Virus record (IMG/VR): IMGVR_UViG_3300031945_000013
Location: 1 to 38,423 of that record
Source of the DNA: a virus
Taxonomy: Duplodnaviria; Caudoviricetes
Direction: 5' to 3' (one strand)
Length of the DNA: 38,423 nucleotides
Shown: piece after piece, positions 25,459 to 33,960 of the stretch
Layout: every line of letters begins with the position of its first letter
Numbering within the stretch: position 1 is the stretch's first letter
Notes under the pieces: model-generated
What the model was told of the DNA's origin: nothing
The model's database searches: none
The model's input: only the letters and a program-made list of their open reading frames with translations
Position numbers and translations under genes: made by a program

Positions 25459-25478
25459 GATCGTGTCTCCAGAGTGGC

Positions 25479-25496
25479 AAAGCCCCTTTCGGGGCC
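25479..25496 (-). terminator. Hairpin GCCCC-GAAA-GGGGC-TTT after the 25503-25772 gene
   Basis: GC stem, GNRA loop, short U tract. Confidence 0.5.
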
Positions 25497-25502
25497 TGGG
25501 GT

Positions 25503-25772
25503 TCAGACTGCCTTAACGGGCTTCAGCGAACCGTGATAACGCTTGCGGCGTTCTGCTTCGTTCCGCAAGGCGTTACCAGCATTCAAAGCCTCACAGTACG
25601 CGATAGCCAGCAGATCCGAGGGGTTTTGCGCGGCCACACGGATCTCACTGATACGTTCGTTTCCACGTCCAGCACCGATCATGGCGTCAACCTGAAACAT
25701 CTCGGCGCTATTCGCCTTTTCAATTGCGGCTTCAAGTTTTGCTGCTGATAGTTTTGCGATCTGCATTTTCAA
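25503..25772 (-). CDS. Hypothetical protein (about 87-89 aa)
   Basis: GAGG RBS; own promoter and hairpin. Confidence 0.65.
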   Translation of the reverse strand: MKMQIAKLSAAKLEAAIEKANSAEMFQVDAMIGAGRGNERISEIRVAAQNPSDLLAIAYCEALNAGNALRNEAERRKRYHGSLKPVKAV

Positions 25773-25797
25773 TCCTCGGTTCGGTGTCAGTGATTCC

Positions 25798-25825
25798 AGT
25801 ATAGCAATTGCTATAGAAAGAGCAA
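25798..25825 (-). promoter_or_regulatory. Promoter TTGCTC-16-TATACT containing the perfect operator TATAGCAATTGCTATA (25800-25815)
   Basis: Perfect 16-bp palindrome overlapping an extended -10. Confidence 0.75.
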
Positions 25826-26137
25826 GGTATTTGTGGAGAAAATTTCCAGTTACGGATTGCGTAACGGATTACGGATTATGAAACCGCGCATGTGCAAAGA
25901 CTTTCACTAACATCTAAGCAATTTCCGGTTCAGAATCCCACGGTTTCCGGTTTGTGTGAAATGACCCTCTGTGAACGCCGGAAAAACATTCCTGAACCCG
26001 ATTTGCGATCTGTTAAGTGAGTGCTGACTAACCCTGAATAATGATTGCCTAGTCCAGCAGTTTGCGGGCTCGCGGATCGGGATTTGCAGTAAGTCATTGA
26101 TTTTAAAGGGAATGTGTTTATTACAAATGTAAGAGTC

Positions 26138-26165
26138 ACTTTACGTAATAAGTGTTATCCACCGA
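26138..26165 (-). other. dif-like XerC/XerD recombination site
   Basis: TCGGTGGATAA-CACTTA-TTACGTAAAGT: 11-6-11 layout with TAA/TTA inner ends; right arm 8/11 to the E. coli XerD arm TTATGTTAAAT. Confidence 0.55.
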
Positions 26166-26192
26166 TTTGCTTTCAAAGCAGTAAGATTCGGA

Positions 26193-26234
26193 TGCAATGA
26201 GAAGCATTCTCGTGACTTAATGAGAAGTATTCGC
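26193..26234. promoter_or_regulatory. Two tandem Fur-box-like sequences
   Basis: TGCAATGAGAAGCATTCTC (13/19) and CTTAATGAGAAGTATTCGC (12/19) versus GATAATGATAATCATTATC. Confidence 0.4.
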
Positions 26235-26339
26235 GTTTGGAATGTTATAACGTAACTCTGGGAGCCCCCCGGGCCCCGCCGGACGGGGTGCTTGGAATTT
26301 GTACCCCTCTTCCCCAATCCGCAAACCGCAAAACACGAA

Positions 26340-26355
26340 TACAGCAATTGCTATA
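26340..26355. promoter_or_regulatory. Operator copy TACAGCAATTGCTATA upstream of the late operon
   Basis: 15/16 match to the palindrome; possible extended -10 TGCTATCAT at 26381-26389. Confidence 0.7.
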
Positions 26356-26412
26356 CATGGTTCACCCCCTCCTGACTGCGTGCTATCATCGCGCGGAAAA
26401 CCGGAGAGTGAT

Positions 26413-27195
26413 ATGGCAAACGGATATGTGAACAATACGCCCTACAGTACGGAACCTGTCCTGTGGCAGTTCGGGGCGACGCTCGGACGTGTGGCAGGGC
26501 ATTCGCGCATGGCGGTCTACGGACGCAACACGGCGCCGGCGGCGGGAGAAGACGTGTGGGAAGGAAATTCCGCCTACACGTTTCTGGCAGCAGCGAGCAA
26601 ACTGGAAATCCTTTCCGCTTCGGCGAATGACACGGCAGCGGGGACGGGTGCACGATCGTTCACCATCACAGGCCTGGATGCGAACTTCATGCCGCTGTCG
26701 GAAACCATCGCGATGAGTGGTGTGACTCCCGTGGTGACGGTCAACACCTACCTTCGTGTCAACTCGATGGCAATCGCGAGCGCGGGCAGCGGGCAGACGA
26801 ACGCGGGGATTGTGACGTTGAGGGTGCAGGGTGGCGGGACGACGCAGGCGATTGCGGCAGCGACGTTCGGGTATGCGAAGCAGTGCGTGTTCACGGTCCC
26901 CGCCAGCCAGACGCTGCTGGTAACGGACGTGCTGCCGGAGTGCGGCATCTCGAACACGAATATCGGTGTGGCGCTGGGGTTCACGCGGTTTAACCCTGTG
27001 GCGAACGCGTTCATCATTACCAACGAGTACACGGCAGTGGGCAGTGGGGGCGCGTCACAGCGGTCCGTGATCACGGGTGCGGTTATTCCTTCCACGTGGT
27101 CGCTGACGTTGCGCATTACCGGGGTGACGGGTGCGGCGCCTTCGGCCTACGGCTCGGTGAACGGAATCCTGATCGACAATACGCAACTGGTATGA
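26413..27195 (+). CDS. Beta-rich probable virion protein (260 aa), first late gene
   Basis: ATG 26413 with GGAG RBS; S.NDTAAGTGARS..I.GLD.N....E pattern. Confidence 0.6.
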   Translation: MANGYVNNTPYSTEPVLWQFGATLGRVAGHSRMAVYGRNTAPAAGEDVWEGNSAYTFLAAASKLEILSASANDTAAGTGARSFTITGLDANFMPLSETIAMSGVTPVVTVNTYLRVNSMAIASAGSGQTNAGIVTLRVQGGGTTQAIAAATFGYAKQCVFTVPASQTLLVTDVLPECGISNTNIGVALGFTRFNPVANAFIITNEYTAVGSGGASQRSVITGAVIPSTWSLTLRITGVTGAAPSAYGSVNGILIDNTQLV

Positions 27196-29198
27196 GCCTG
27201 ACATCAACTGCAACGTTACGGGTTATCAGCGAGGACCGGGCACTGGCAAGTGCGATGGTCTTTCCGCACAGGCATCCGAAAGCGACGCCGGAGTTCCACG
27301 TCCAGATCATGGACGCGTGGCGCAGTCAGGATGACAAGGTGCTGGTGGAAGCGTTCCGGGGCGGCGCGAAGTCTACTTTAAGTGAGGAGTTCATTCTTCT
27401 CGAAGCGTGCTTCGGGAACTTCGGGTACTGCGTGCTGCTGGGTGAGACGTACACGAAAGCGTGCCAGCGGCTTGAAGCGATGAAGTTCGAGGCGATGCAC
27501 AACACGAAGTTGCGGACCCTGTTCGGCAAGATCCGGTTGCCTCACGCCGTGTGGAACGAGTACCAGATTGAACTGATGAACGGCGTCATGATCGAGGCGC
27601 ACGGATGGGAGGAAGAGTTCCGGGGCTTCAAGTGGCGGGATAAAAGGCCGGACCGCGTCTACATGGACGATATCGAGACCAAGGACCGCGTGAAGGATGC
27701 CGCAGCCGTCGATAAGTCCATGCGCAAGATTGCGATGGAAATCCTGCCGGCGATGGACCAGGATTGCGGGAAGCTGCGCGTGACGGGAACCCCGCTCGCG
27801 GAAGACTGCATGATCGTGCGGCTGCGCAACAACACGGATTGGGTTCACGTACGGGTGCCGATCTGCAACGGGGATATCGATAGCGATGAGAGCATCCCCG
27901 CGTGGCCGGACCTGTTCCCGCTCGCGAAGATCCGCAAGATGCGCGACACGGCAGAGCGCATGGGGCAACTGAATTCGTTCCTGCAGGAATATATGCTCGA
28001 AGCCATCGGGAGTCAGGACAAGCCGTTCGACAGTGACCAGATCCGCGAGACGGCGCTCGATCCCGCACCGTGGCTGCCCAAGACGGTGATCGTTGACCCG
28101 GCCAGAACTGCCAATGTGGCGACGAGCGACCGCACGGGCCGGGTTGTTGTTTCCAGAATGGGGACCACGGTCTACGTGCAAGCAAGCTCAGGTGAGTTCT
28201 GGAAGCCGGACCAGATTATCGCGGATGCGTTCGGAACGAGCGACCGGTACGCCGGCGCCACGGTGGCGATGGAAAAGAATTCGCTTGACGAGTGGCTGCT
28301 GCAACCGATGCGCGCGGAAATGTTGAGGCGTGGCGTGAGTCTTCCGCTGAAGGCGATCACCGCGCCGCAGGACCGGAGCAAGGAGCAGTTCATCATGGGC
28401 TTGCAGCCTTTCTTCGAAGCCGGAGACATTGTGCTGGTGGGTGGCAAGGGTGCACACCCCCAGCTGGTGGCGGAAATATTGAACTTTCCTTCCGGCAAGC
28501 GCGACATTCTCAACGCGCTGGCGTACTGCCAGCGGGTATTCTCAGGGATTCCCGTCTATGAAGACTTCGGCCAGTGGAACGTTATCGACGGATATGAACC
28601 TTCTGCCCGCGATGCAATGGCGCTCTGCTTCAACGCGAGCGGGGGCGAGACTACGGCGCTACTTGTTTCTGTTGAAGGTGAGCGGATTGTTGCCGTTGCC
28701 GACTGGGTATCGCCAGTCCCTCCGCACCAGGCTATACCGGATGTGCTGCGACTCGTACGCGCAGCTTTCCCGCGAGCAAGGCTGAACGCGTGGTTGCCGG
28801 CGGACGTGATGGACCAGCAGGAGCGGATGCCGCTGATGCAGGCGATGCGGACGGCAGGTCTGACGCCCATGCGTGGCGCATACCCGCAGATGGCAAGAGG
28901 CGTACTGAGTCCGCTGATCCGCACGGAGATGAAGGGAAAGCGGCTGTTCCTCGTGGATACGCAGGCGCGCAACACGCTCAACGCGATGTCGCAGGGTTAC
29001 AACTTTGCGGTCTCGAAGTCGGGGGAACGCGCGGACTCGCCGGAGAAAGGCAGTTACCGGACCCTGATCGAGGGTCTGGAGTGCGCGGCGCATGTTATCA
29101 TGGAGCAGGCGAATAATTCCTTGCCTTCCGAACTGTTTTCGGGTACTAATCCCCACGGAGCGAGTTACCTGTCAACATTACCTATCAGGAGAAGATAA
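27192..29198 (+). CDS. terL: Terminase large subunit (668 aa)
   Basis: Walker A AFRGGAKST, Walker B VYMDDIE, VTGTPL coupling motif, nuclease VIVDPA..D and FP.GKRD. Confidence 0.9.
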   Translation: MSLTSTATLRVISEDRALASAMVFPHRHPKATPEFHVQIMDAWRSQDDKVLVEAFRGGAKSTLSEEFILLEACFGNFGYCVLLGETYTKACQRLEAMKFEAMHNTKLRTLFGKIRLPHAVWNEYQIELMNGVMIEAHGWEEEFRGFKWRDKRPDRVYMDDIETKDRVKDAAAVDKSMRKIAMEILPAMDQDCGKLRVTGTPLAEDCMIVRLRNNTDWVHVRVPICNGDIDSDESIPAWPDLFPLAKIRKMRDTAERMGQLNSFLQEYMLEAIGSQDKPFDSDQIRETALDPAPWLPKTVIVDPARTANVATSDRTGRVVVSRMGTTVYVQASSGEFWKPDQIIADAFGTSDRYAGATVAMEKNSLDEWLLQPMRAEMLRRGVSLPLKAITAPQDRSKEQFIMGLQPFFEAGDIVLVGGKGAHPQLVAEILNFPSGKRDILNALAYCQRVFSGIPVYEDFGQWNVIDGYEPSARDAMALCFNASGGETTALLVSVEGERIVAVADWVSPVPPHQAIPDVLRLVRAAFPRARLNAWLPADVMDQQERMPLMQAMRTAGLTPMRGAYPQMARGVLSPLIRTEMKGKRLFLVDTQARNTLNAMSQGYNFAVSKSGERADSPEKGSYRTLIEGLECAAHVIMEQANNSLPSELFSGTNPHGASYLSTLPIRRR

Positions 29199-29199
29199 C

Positions 29200-29361
29200 A
29201 TGGCTATCTCCCGTACGATTACCCCTAAAGCCCCCTCGCAGCGCCCGACTGACTTTTACCAGTTGAAACAGCAAGGCGGCGCGCATGGCAAACCCGAATC
29301 GGTTCCCGAAAAGCTGAAGGGCGGCCCGATGCGCGAGAAAATGCGCCGGGACGGTCTGTGA
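29200..29361 (+). CDS. Small basic protein (53 aa)
   Basis: ATG 29200 right after the terL stop, GGAGA RBS. Confidence 0.6.
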   Translation: MAISRTITPKAPSQRPTDFYQLKQQGGAHGKPESVPEKLKGGPMREKMRRDGL

Positions 29362-29363
29362 TC

Positions 29364-29513
29364 ATGGAAAGCAAGAAAGGACGCATGTCGCGCGTCTACG
29401 ATGGCGACAAGAAACCCGCTGCCCCGTCGAAAGTGAAGATGGGCGGCAAGATGCCTGAGCGTGGTGAACGGTCGATGAAGCACAAATCGACCAAAGGCAA
29501 GATGGGGGGCTGA
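29364..29513 (+). CDS. Small basic protein (49 aa)
   Basis: Hand translation MESKKGRMSRVYDGDKKPAAPSKVKMGGKMPERGERSMKHKSTKGKMGG. Confidence 0.55.
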   Translation: MESKKGRMSRVYDGDKKPAAPSKVKMGGKMPERGERSMKHKSTKGKMGG

Positions 29514-29514
29514 T

Positions 29515-29697
29515 ATGGCTTACCGCAATCACCGCGACGGCAACGGGAAGAATTCCTCGGAGTCGCGAGACATCCGGGAATTCTTCGGCACGACGCGCAA
29601 AAAGCCGGAACCGGACGATCGTCCGGCGCGCACGCCTCGTGATCGCAATACGGGTTCCAAGCTGGCAAACAAGCTGAAAGGCAAAGTCATCGGGTAG
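29515..29697 (+). CDS. Small basic protein (60 aa)
   Basis: Tightly packed between the previous ORF and the portal gene. Confidence 0.6.
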   Translation: MAYRNHRDGNGKNSSESRDIREFFGTTRKKPEPDDRPARTPRDRNTGSKLANKLKGKVIG

Positions 29698-29700
29698 CCA

Positions 29701-31887
29701 ATGGCGCGCAAAAAGAAAGAAGAGAAGAAGGACGAGCAGCCCGTAATCGAAAAAGTCGATTCACGGGCTATTGATTCTGAGCGGACCGGGGAAGAAATCG
29801 AGAACTGGGCAGAAGACATGTCTTCGGATGCCTATATCGACGCGTGCAAGCTTTATCCGAAGATACAACAGTGCTACACAAATAAGCAACAACAATCCGA
29901 TTGGATAGAAGAATATTGGAACATCTACAATGCGCGCCCCGATGAGAACCAGCAATACACTGGAAACAGCCAGTGCTACATTCCTGCCGTTCGTGATGCA
30001 GTCAATGCTCGATGCAAGCGAACACTGGCTACTCTTTTCCCGGCCAATTACAAACATGTGGATGCAGTGGGACCGGCTGATGTCACGCCATATCCTACGC
30101 TCGCATTGCTGGAACACTACATTCGCCGGACAAACCTGAAAGACATTGTCCGTACGGACCTTCTTTCAGGCGACGTGACGGGCCAGTGGGTTCTTTACAT
30201 AGACTGGCTGCGCACCACGCGACGCGTGACAGAACTGGTCAAGAAGCCCCCTGTCGTTGAAATCGACCTCGGCGAGGAAACGGACGACGTCGAAGACGTC
30301 ACCGTTGAGATGGAATGGGATGTCGAAGACAAGACGGTCGTCGAAGAGATGCCCGACGTCACGCCGATGGCAGTGGATGATCTGGCCGTCTATCCGCCGA
30401 CCGTGAATGACATCGAGCGCGCCACGGCTACGGCTGTGCGTTTGCGGCTGTCCAAGGAATCCGTCCAGCAGTTCATCGACGAAGGTGTCTTCGTCGGCTG
30501 GAATGCGAAAGAAATCATGGACAACCTGAACGAACCCGACGGTGGTCGTCAGAAGCGCGTCCCGCAGAAACGTCGCACGGCGGATGCGGGTGTCCGGACG
30601 GAAGGGACATACAAGTATGCGCTGATTTACGAAGTGCATACCGACCTTGAACTGGAAGAAGGCAAGGGCAAAGAGCCGTGCTTTGTCTACTATGCGGGTC
30701 CGGAAATCATTCTCGGCATTATCCGTAATCCGTTCTGGCCGAAGAAACGCCCGGTCATTACGGCGCCCGTCGAACGGATTCAGGGAACGATTTACGGTAT
30801 TTCCCGCGTGGAACCCGTCAAGTATCTCCAGTGGAACCTGAATGACTACTGGAACATGGGTCAGGATTCAGCGCAATACGCGCTCCTGCCTATCGTCATG
30901 ACCGATCCGTTAGCGAACCCTAATTACCAGTCGATGGTCATGGGTCTTGCCGCCGTGTGGCTGACTGATCCGCAGAAGACGCAGTTTGCGCAGTTCCCTG
31001 CGATCTACAAGGATGCCGTTGCGCTCTGTCAGGCGATCAAGGCACAGATCAATGAGAGCATGGAAGTCAATGACGCCATGCTCGGCAAGGCGCCGGCAGG
31101 CCGGAAGAATCAGGCGCAGGCCGCTGCGATGGCGCAGGAACAGCAATCGAACATCATTGACCACGCGAAGCGGTATGAGCAGTGCATCCTGAACCCGCTG
31201 CTTGAACGCATGTTCGAGCTCGACCGCCAGTTCCGTACGAAGGAACTGACCGTCATCACGATGGGCGAAGTCGGAGCGCGCGCCAAACAGGAAGAGATTC
31301 CTGTTCAGGCGTTCAACGAGCGGTACTTCTTCCGCTGGTGCGGCACAGCCTATCAGGCCGGTTTGCAGCGCATGCAGCAGATGATCGCGTGGATGAACGT
31401 GCTCCGCGGGATTCCGCCCCAGCAACTGGATGGCCGTCGTCTGAATGTCGGGCCTATCCTTGAGTACGGCACTGAGCAGATTTTCGGTCCGGAACTGGGT
31501 CCGCGAATCCTGATCGACGAGCGCAACCTGTATCACGTCGATCCGGAAGACGAAAACCTGATGATGCACAACGGCATGCCTGCGAACGTGCATCCGGCCG
31601 ATGATGACCAGCGTCACCTCGCAGCGCACATGCGTGGCGCGACGCTCACAGGCGATCCGCACGGGCTGTTCCGTGCACACATTCAGGCGCATCAGCAGGC
31701 GATGCAGCAGAAGATGATGAAGAACCAGCCCCCGCAACCCGGCCAGCAGGGCATACCGGGCGGAGCGGGTCCGGGCGTGGCGGGCACTCCGCGACCGGGC
31801 GCGATTCCCGGACAGCCCCGTCCGCAAGGCCCTGCCGGCATGATTCATCCGGATCAGGTCCAGGACGCACAGATGGGGCCGCGCTAA
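29701..31887 (+). CDS. Portal protein
   Basis: 728 aa following terL; IYGISRVEPVKYLQ..LN segment; Q/P/G-rich C-terminal tail. Confidence 0.85.
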   Translation: MARKKKEEKKDEQPVIEKVDSRAIDSERTGEEIENWAEDMSSDAYIDACKLYPKIQQCYTNKQQQSDWIEEYWNIYNARPDENQQYTGNSQCYIPAVRDAVNARCKRTLATLFPANYKHVDAVGPADVTPYPTLALLEHYIRRTNLKDIVRTDLLSGDVTGQWVLYIDWLRTTRRVTELVKKPPVVEIDLGEETDDVEDVTVEMEWDVEDKTVVEEMPDVTPMAVDDLAVYPPTVNDIERATATAVRLRLSKESVQQFIDEGVFVGWNAKEIMDNLNEPDGGRQKRVPQKRRTADAGVRTEGTYKYALIYEVHTDLELEEGKGKEPCFVYYAGPEIILGIIRNPFWPKKRPVITAPVERIQGTIYGISRVEPVKYLQWNLNDYWNMGQDSAQYALLPIVMTDPLANPNYQSMVMGLAAVWLTDPQKTQFAQFPAIYKDAVALCQAIKAQINESMEVNDAMLGKAPAGRKNQAQAAAMAQEQQSNIIDHAKRYEQCILNPLLERMFELDRQFRTKELTVITMGEVGARAKQEEIPVQAFNERYFFRWCGTAYQAGLQRMQQMIAWMNVLRGIPPQQLDGRRLNVGPILEYGTEQIFGPELGPRILIDERNLYHVDPEDENLMMHNGMPANVHPADDDQRHLAAHMRGATLTGDPHGLFRAHIQAHQQAMQQKMMKNQPPQPGQQGIPGGAGPGVAGTPRPGAIPGQPRPQGPAGMIHPDQVQDAQMGPR

Positions 31888-32228
31888 TGAGTTACGCCAA
31901 GTGCACCCCGTGGGGAACGATCCGCACGGGTCCGCAATTCCAGAAACTGACGCCCGGTGAAAAGGCGGCAGTGATTGCACACGAGACGGCGCATATCAGG
32001 AATCACGATTCGCTCAAACGGATCTGGTGGCTGGTAACATTGCGCTATTTCTTCCGCCCTGAATGGGTCGCGCAGAAGTGCAAGGATCAGGAATTCGCGG
32101 CAGACCAGTACGTGAAGGATTGCGGTCTGGCCCCTTGGCTTGCCATGTTCCTTGCGCGCGCGAAAGACGATTCGGGCGGTCCCTTCCATCCGTCTGTCAT
32201 GGAAAGAGTGAGAGCGCTAAATGGCTGA
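31887..32228 (+). CDS. Minimal M48-family (HtpX-like) zinc metallopeptidase
   Basis: AVIAHETAH (HExxH), QEFAAD (third ligand), FHPSVMERVRAL; hydrophobic IWWLVTLRYFF segment. Confidence 0.85.
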   Translation: MSYAKCTPWGTIRTGPQFQKLTPGEKAAVIAHETAHIRNHDSLKRIWWLVTLRYFFRPEWVAQKCKDQEFAADQYVKDCGLAPWLAMFLARAKDDSGGPFHPSVMERVRALNG

Positions 32229-33384
32229 TCCATTCCAGATTATCCCGCCAGTCGTAAGAGCGGAGGGTAAAGACGTTCCACCTGAACAGATTCAGGCGGC
32301 GCTTAACTCACTCGCCCGTCAGACACAGATCGGGCTTAACAGCGTGGCGAGTGATCCGTCCGGCCCTGCCGGCGGCGATCTTGGCGGGATGTACCCGAAC
32401 CCTACGGTTACCGGCCTGCACGTCACAACCGGTACGGCGAGCGGCATTGCTGTAACCACAAGTACGGTCGATAGCACGCCGATCGGGCAGACCACGCCGG
32501 CAGCTGGCGTCTTTACGACTCTCACGGCTACTACGCCTGTGGGCGCGACCAGTGGCGGTACGGGTCGTAATGCGCTGTCCGCGAACACTGTTCTGATTGG
32601 CGAGGGTTCCTCGCCTGTGAACTTCGCGGCGCCGACAGCGACCACGGGCATTCCTCTTGTCTCGAACGGGGCGGCAGCAGATCCTTCCTTCACTACCGCC
32701 AGTGTGGCAGGTGGCGGTACGGGGCGGGTGTCACTGACGACTCACGGTGTACTGATCGGTGAAGGCACGGCTGGCATTAACCAGACGGTGGCCGGCACTA
32801 CGGGCCAGATGCTTCTGGGGTCCACGGGTGCCGATCCGGCGTTCGGCAATAACCCGGTCATTACTGGCGGTTCGATTGACGGCGCACCTGTTGGCGCCAC
32901 TACACCATCTACGGGTAAGTTCACAACGCTTTCCAGTACCGGTACGTTCACGCCTTCCAGCACGAATGGCATTGTCGGAACTACGACTAACGACAATGCG
33001 AACGCGGGAAGCGTAGGCGAATTCTTACAAGCCAGCACGACAGGGACTTCGCTGACGAACAACACGAATGCCAACGCTACGTCTGTAAGTCTGACGGCTG
33101 GCGACTGGGACGTGTGGGGCGTAGTAAATTTCGTTCCGGCAGGCACAACCACGGTAAATAACCTCGTGGCCAGTATCAGCACGACCTCAGCGACGGTGGG
33201 GGCAGTGGGTACTTTTACCAGTATGGCTACGACTTTCACGACAGGCACTGTGCAACGGTTTTCAGCACTTCCTGTGCGCCTTAGTCTGCCAACGACTACC
33301 CCGGTGTTTCTTGTGGCGCAGGCCGGATTTGGCGTTAGCACGATGACAGCAGACGGGTATCTGTACGCCCGGCGCAGACGTTGA
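32221..33384 (+). CDS. Fibre-like virion protein with GGTG repeats
   Basis: AGGDL.G.YPNP.V, repeated V.GGGTG and IDG.P.G.TTP..G.FTTL units, C-terminal beta-sandwich (LTAGDWDV). Confidence 0.65.
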   Translation: MADPFQIIPPVVRAEGKDVPPEQIQAALNSLARQTQIGLNSVASDPSGPAGGDLGGMYPNPTVTGLHVTTGTASGIAVTTSTVDSTPIGQTTPAAGVFTTLTATTPVGATSGGTGRNALSANTVLIGEGSSPVNFAAPTATTGIPLVSNGAAADPSFTTASVAGGGTGRVSLTTHGVLIGEGTAGINQTVAGTTGQMLLGSTGADPAFGNNPVITGGSIDGAPVGATTPSTGKFTTLSSTGTFTPSSTNGIVGTTTNDNANAGSVGEFLQASTTGTSLTNNTNANATSVSLTAGDWDVWGVVNFVPAGTTTVNNLVASISTTSATVGAVGTFTSMATTFTTGTVQRFSALPVRLSLPTTTPVFLVAQAGFGVSTMTADGYLYARRRR

Positions 33385-33437
33385 CTTTTAGTAACAGATC
33401 GCATATAACCGGGCGAAAGCCTTAAACGGAGCAAATC

Positions 33438-33959
33438 ATGAAGAAACTTCGATTGGCCGAAATTATCGGCTCGCTTTTCCCCGGCGTGCAGGGCCAGACA
33501 CCCGCCATCTCGCCGGTTCTTGGCGCAATGCCGGATCAGATTGGCGTGATCAATGCGATTCTCGCAATCAATCCGTGGCAGGCAACGATCTACAATGCCG
33601 CAGCGAACACGACCGGTTTCACGGCAACTCAATCGCAGGTGATGGGTGCTGAATTCACGGTTCTGGAATTGACGGGCACGATTGGCGCTGGCCAGGCTCT
33701 TACTCTTCCGACTGTCGCTAACCTGATTGCAACCCTCACGCCGCAACAGGCTGTTGTCGGTTCGACGATCGGTCTCCGTGTTGGCCGTGCTGCAACGGGC
33801 GCTTTCAACTGGACAGTTACCACGAATACGGGCTGGACGTTGAATGGTACGATGACCATCGCTCAAAGCACCTTCCGTGATTTCTTCATCACGCTCACCA
33901 ACGTGGGTTCCACGCCTACGGCTGTCATCCAGCAGGTTGGTACTGGCACCTGGAGCTAA
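33438..33959 (+). CDS. Probable capsid decoration / minor head protein with LFPG leader
   Basis: Beta-rich LTLPT motif; directly upstream of the scaffold gene. Confidence 0.55.
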   Translation: MKKLRLAEIIGSLFPGVQGQTPAISPVLGAMPDQIGVINAILAINPWQATIYNAAANTTGFTATQSQVMGAEFTVLELTGTIGAGQALTLPTVANLIATLTPQQAVVGSTIGLRVGRAATGAFNWTVTTNTGWTLNGTMTIAQSTFRDFFITLTNVGSTPTAVIQQVGTGTWS

Positions 33960-33960
33960 A

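Noticed and set aside
25930-26435. Short ORFs listed in the 25.9-26.4 kb intergenic region
   Set aside because: No convincing RBS or protein-like features; the region is better explained as regulatory DNA.
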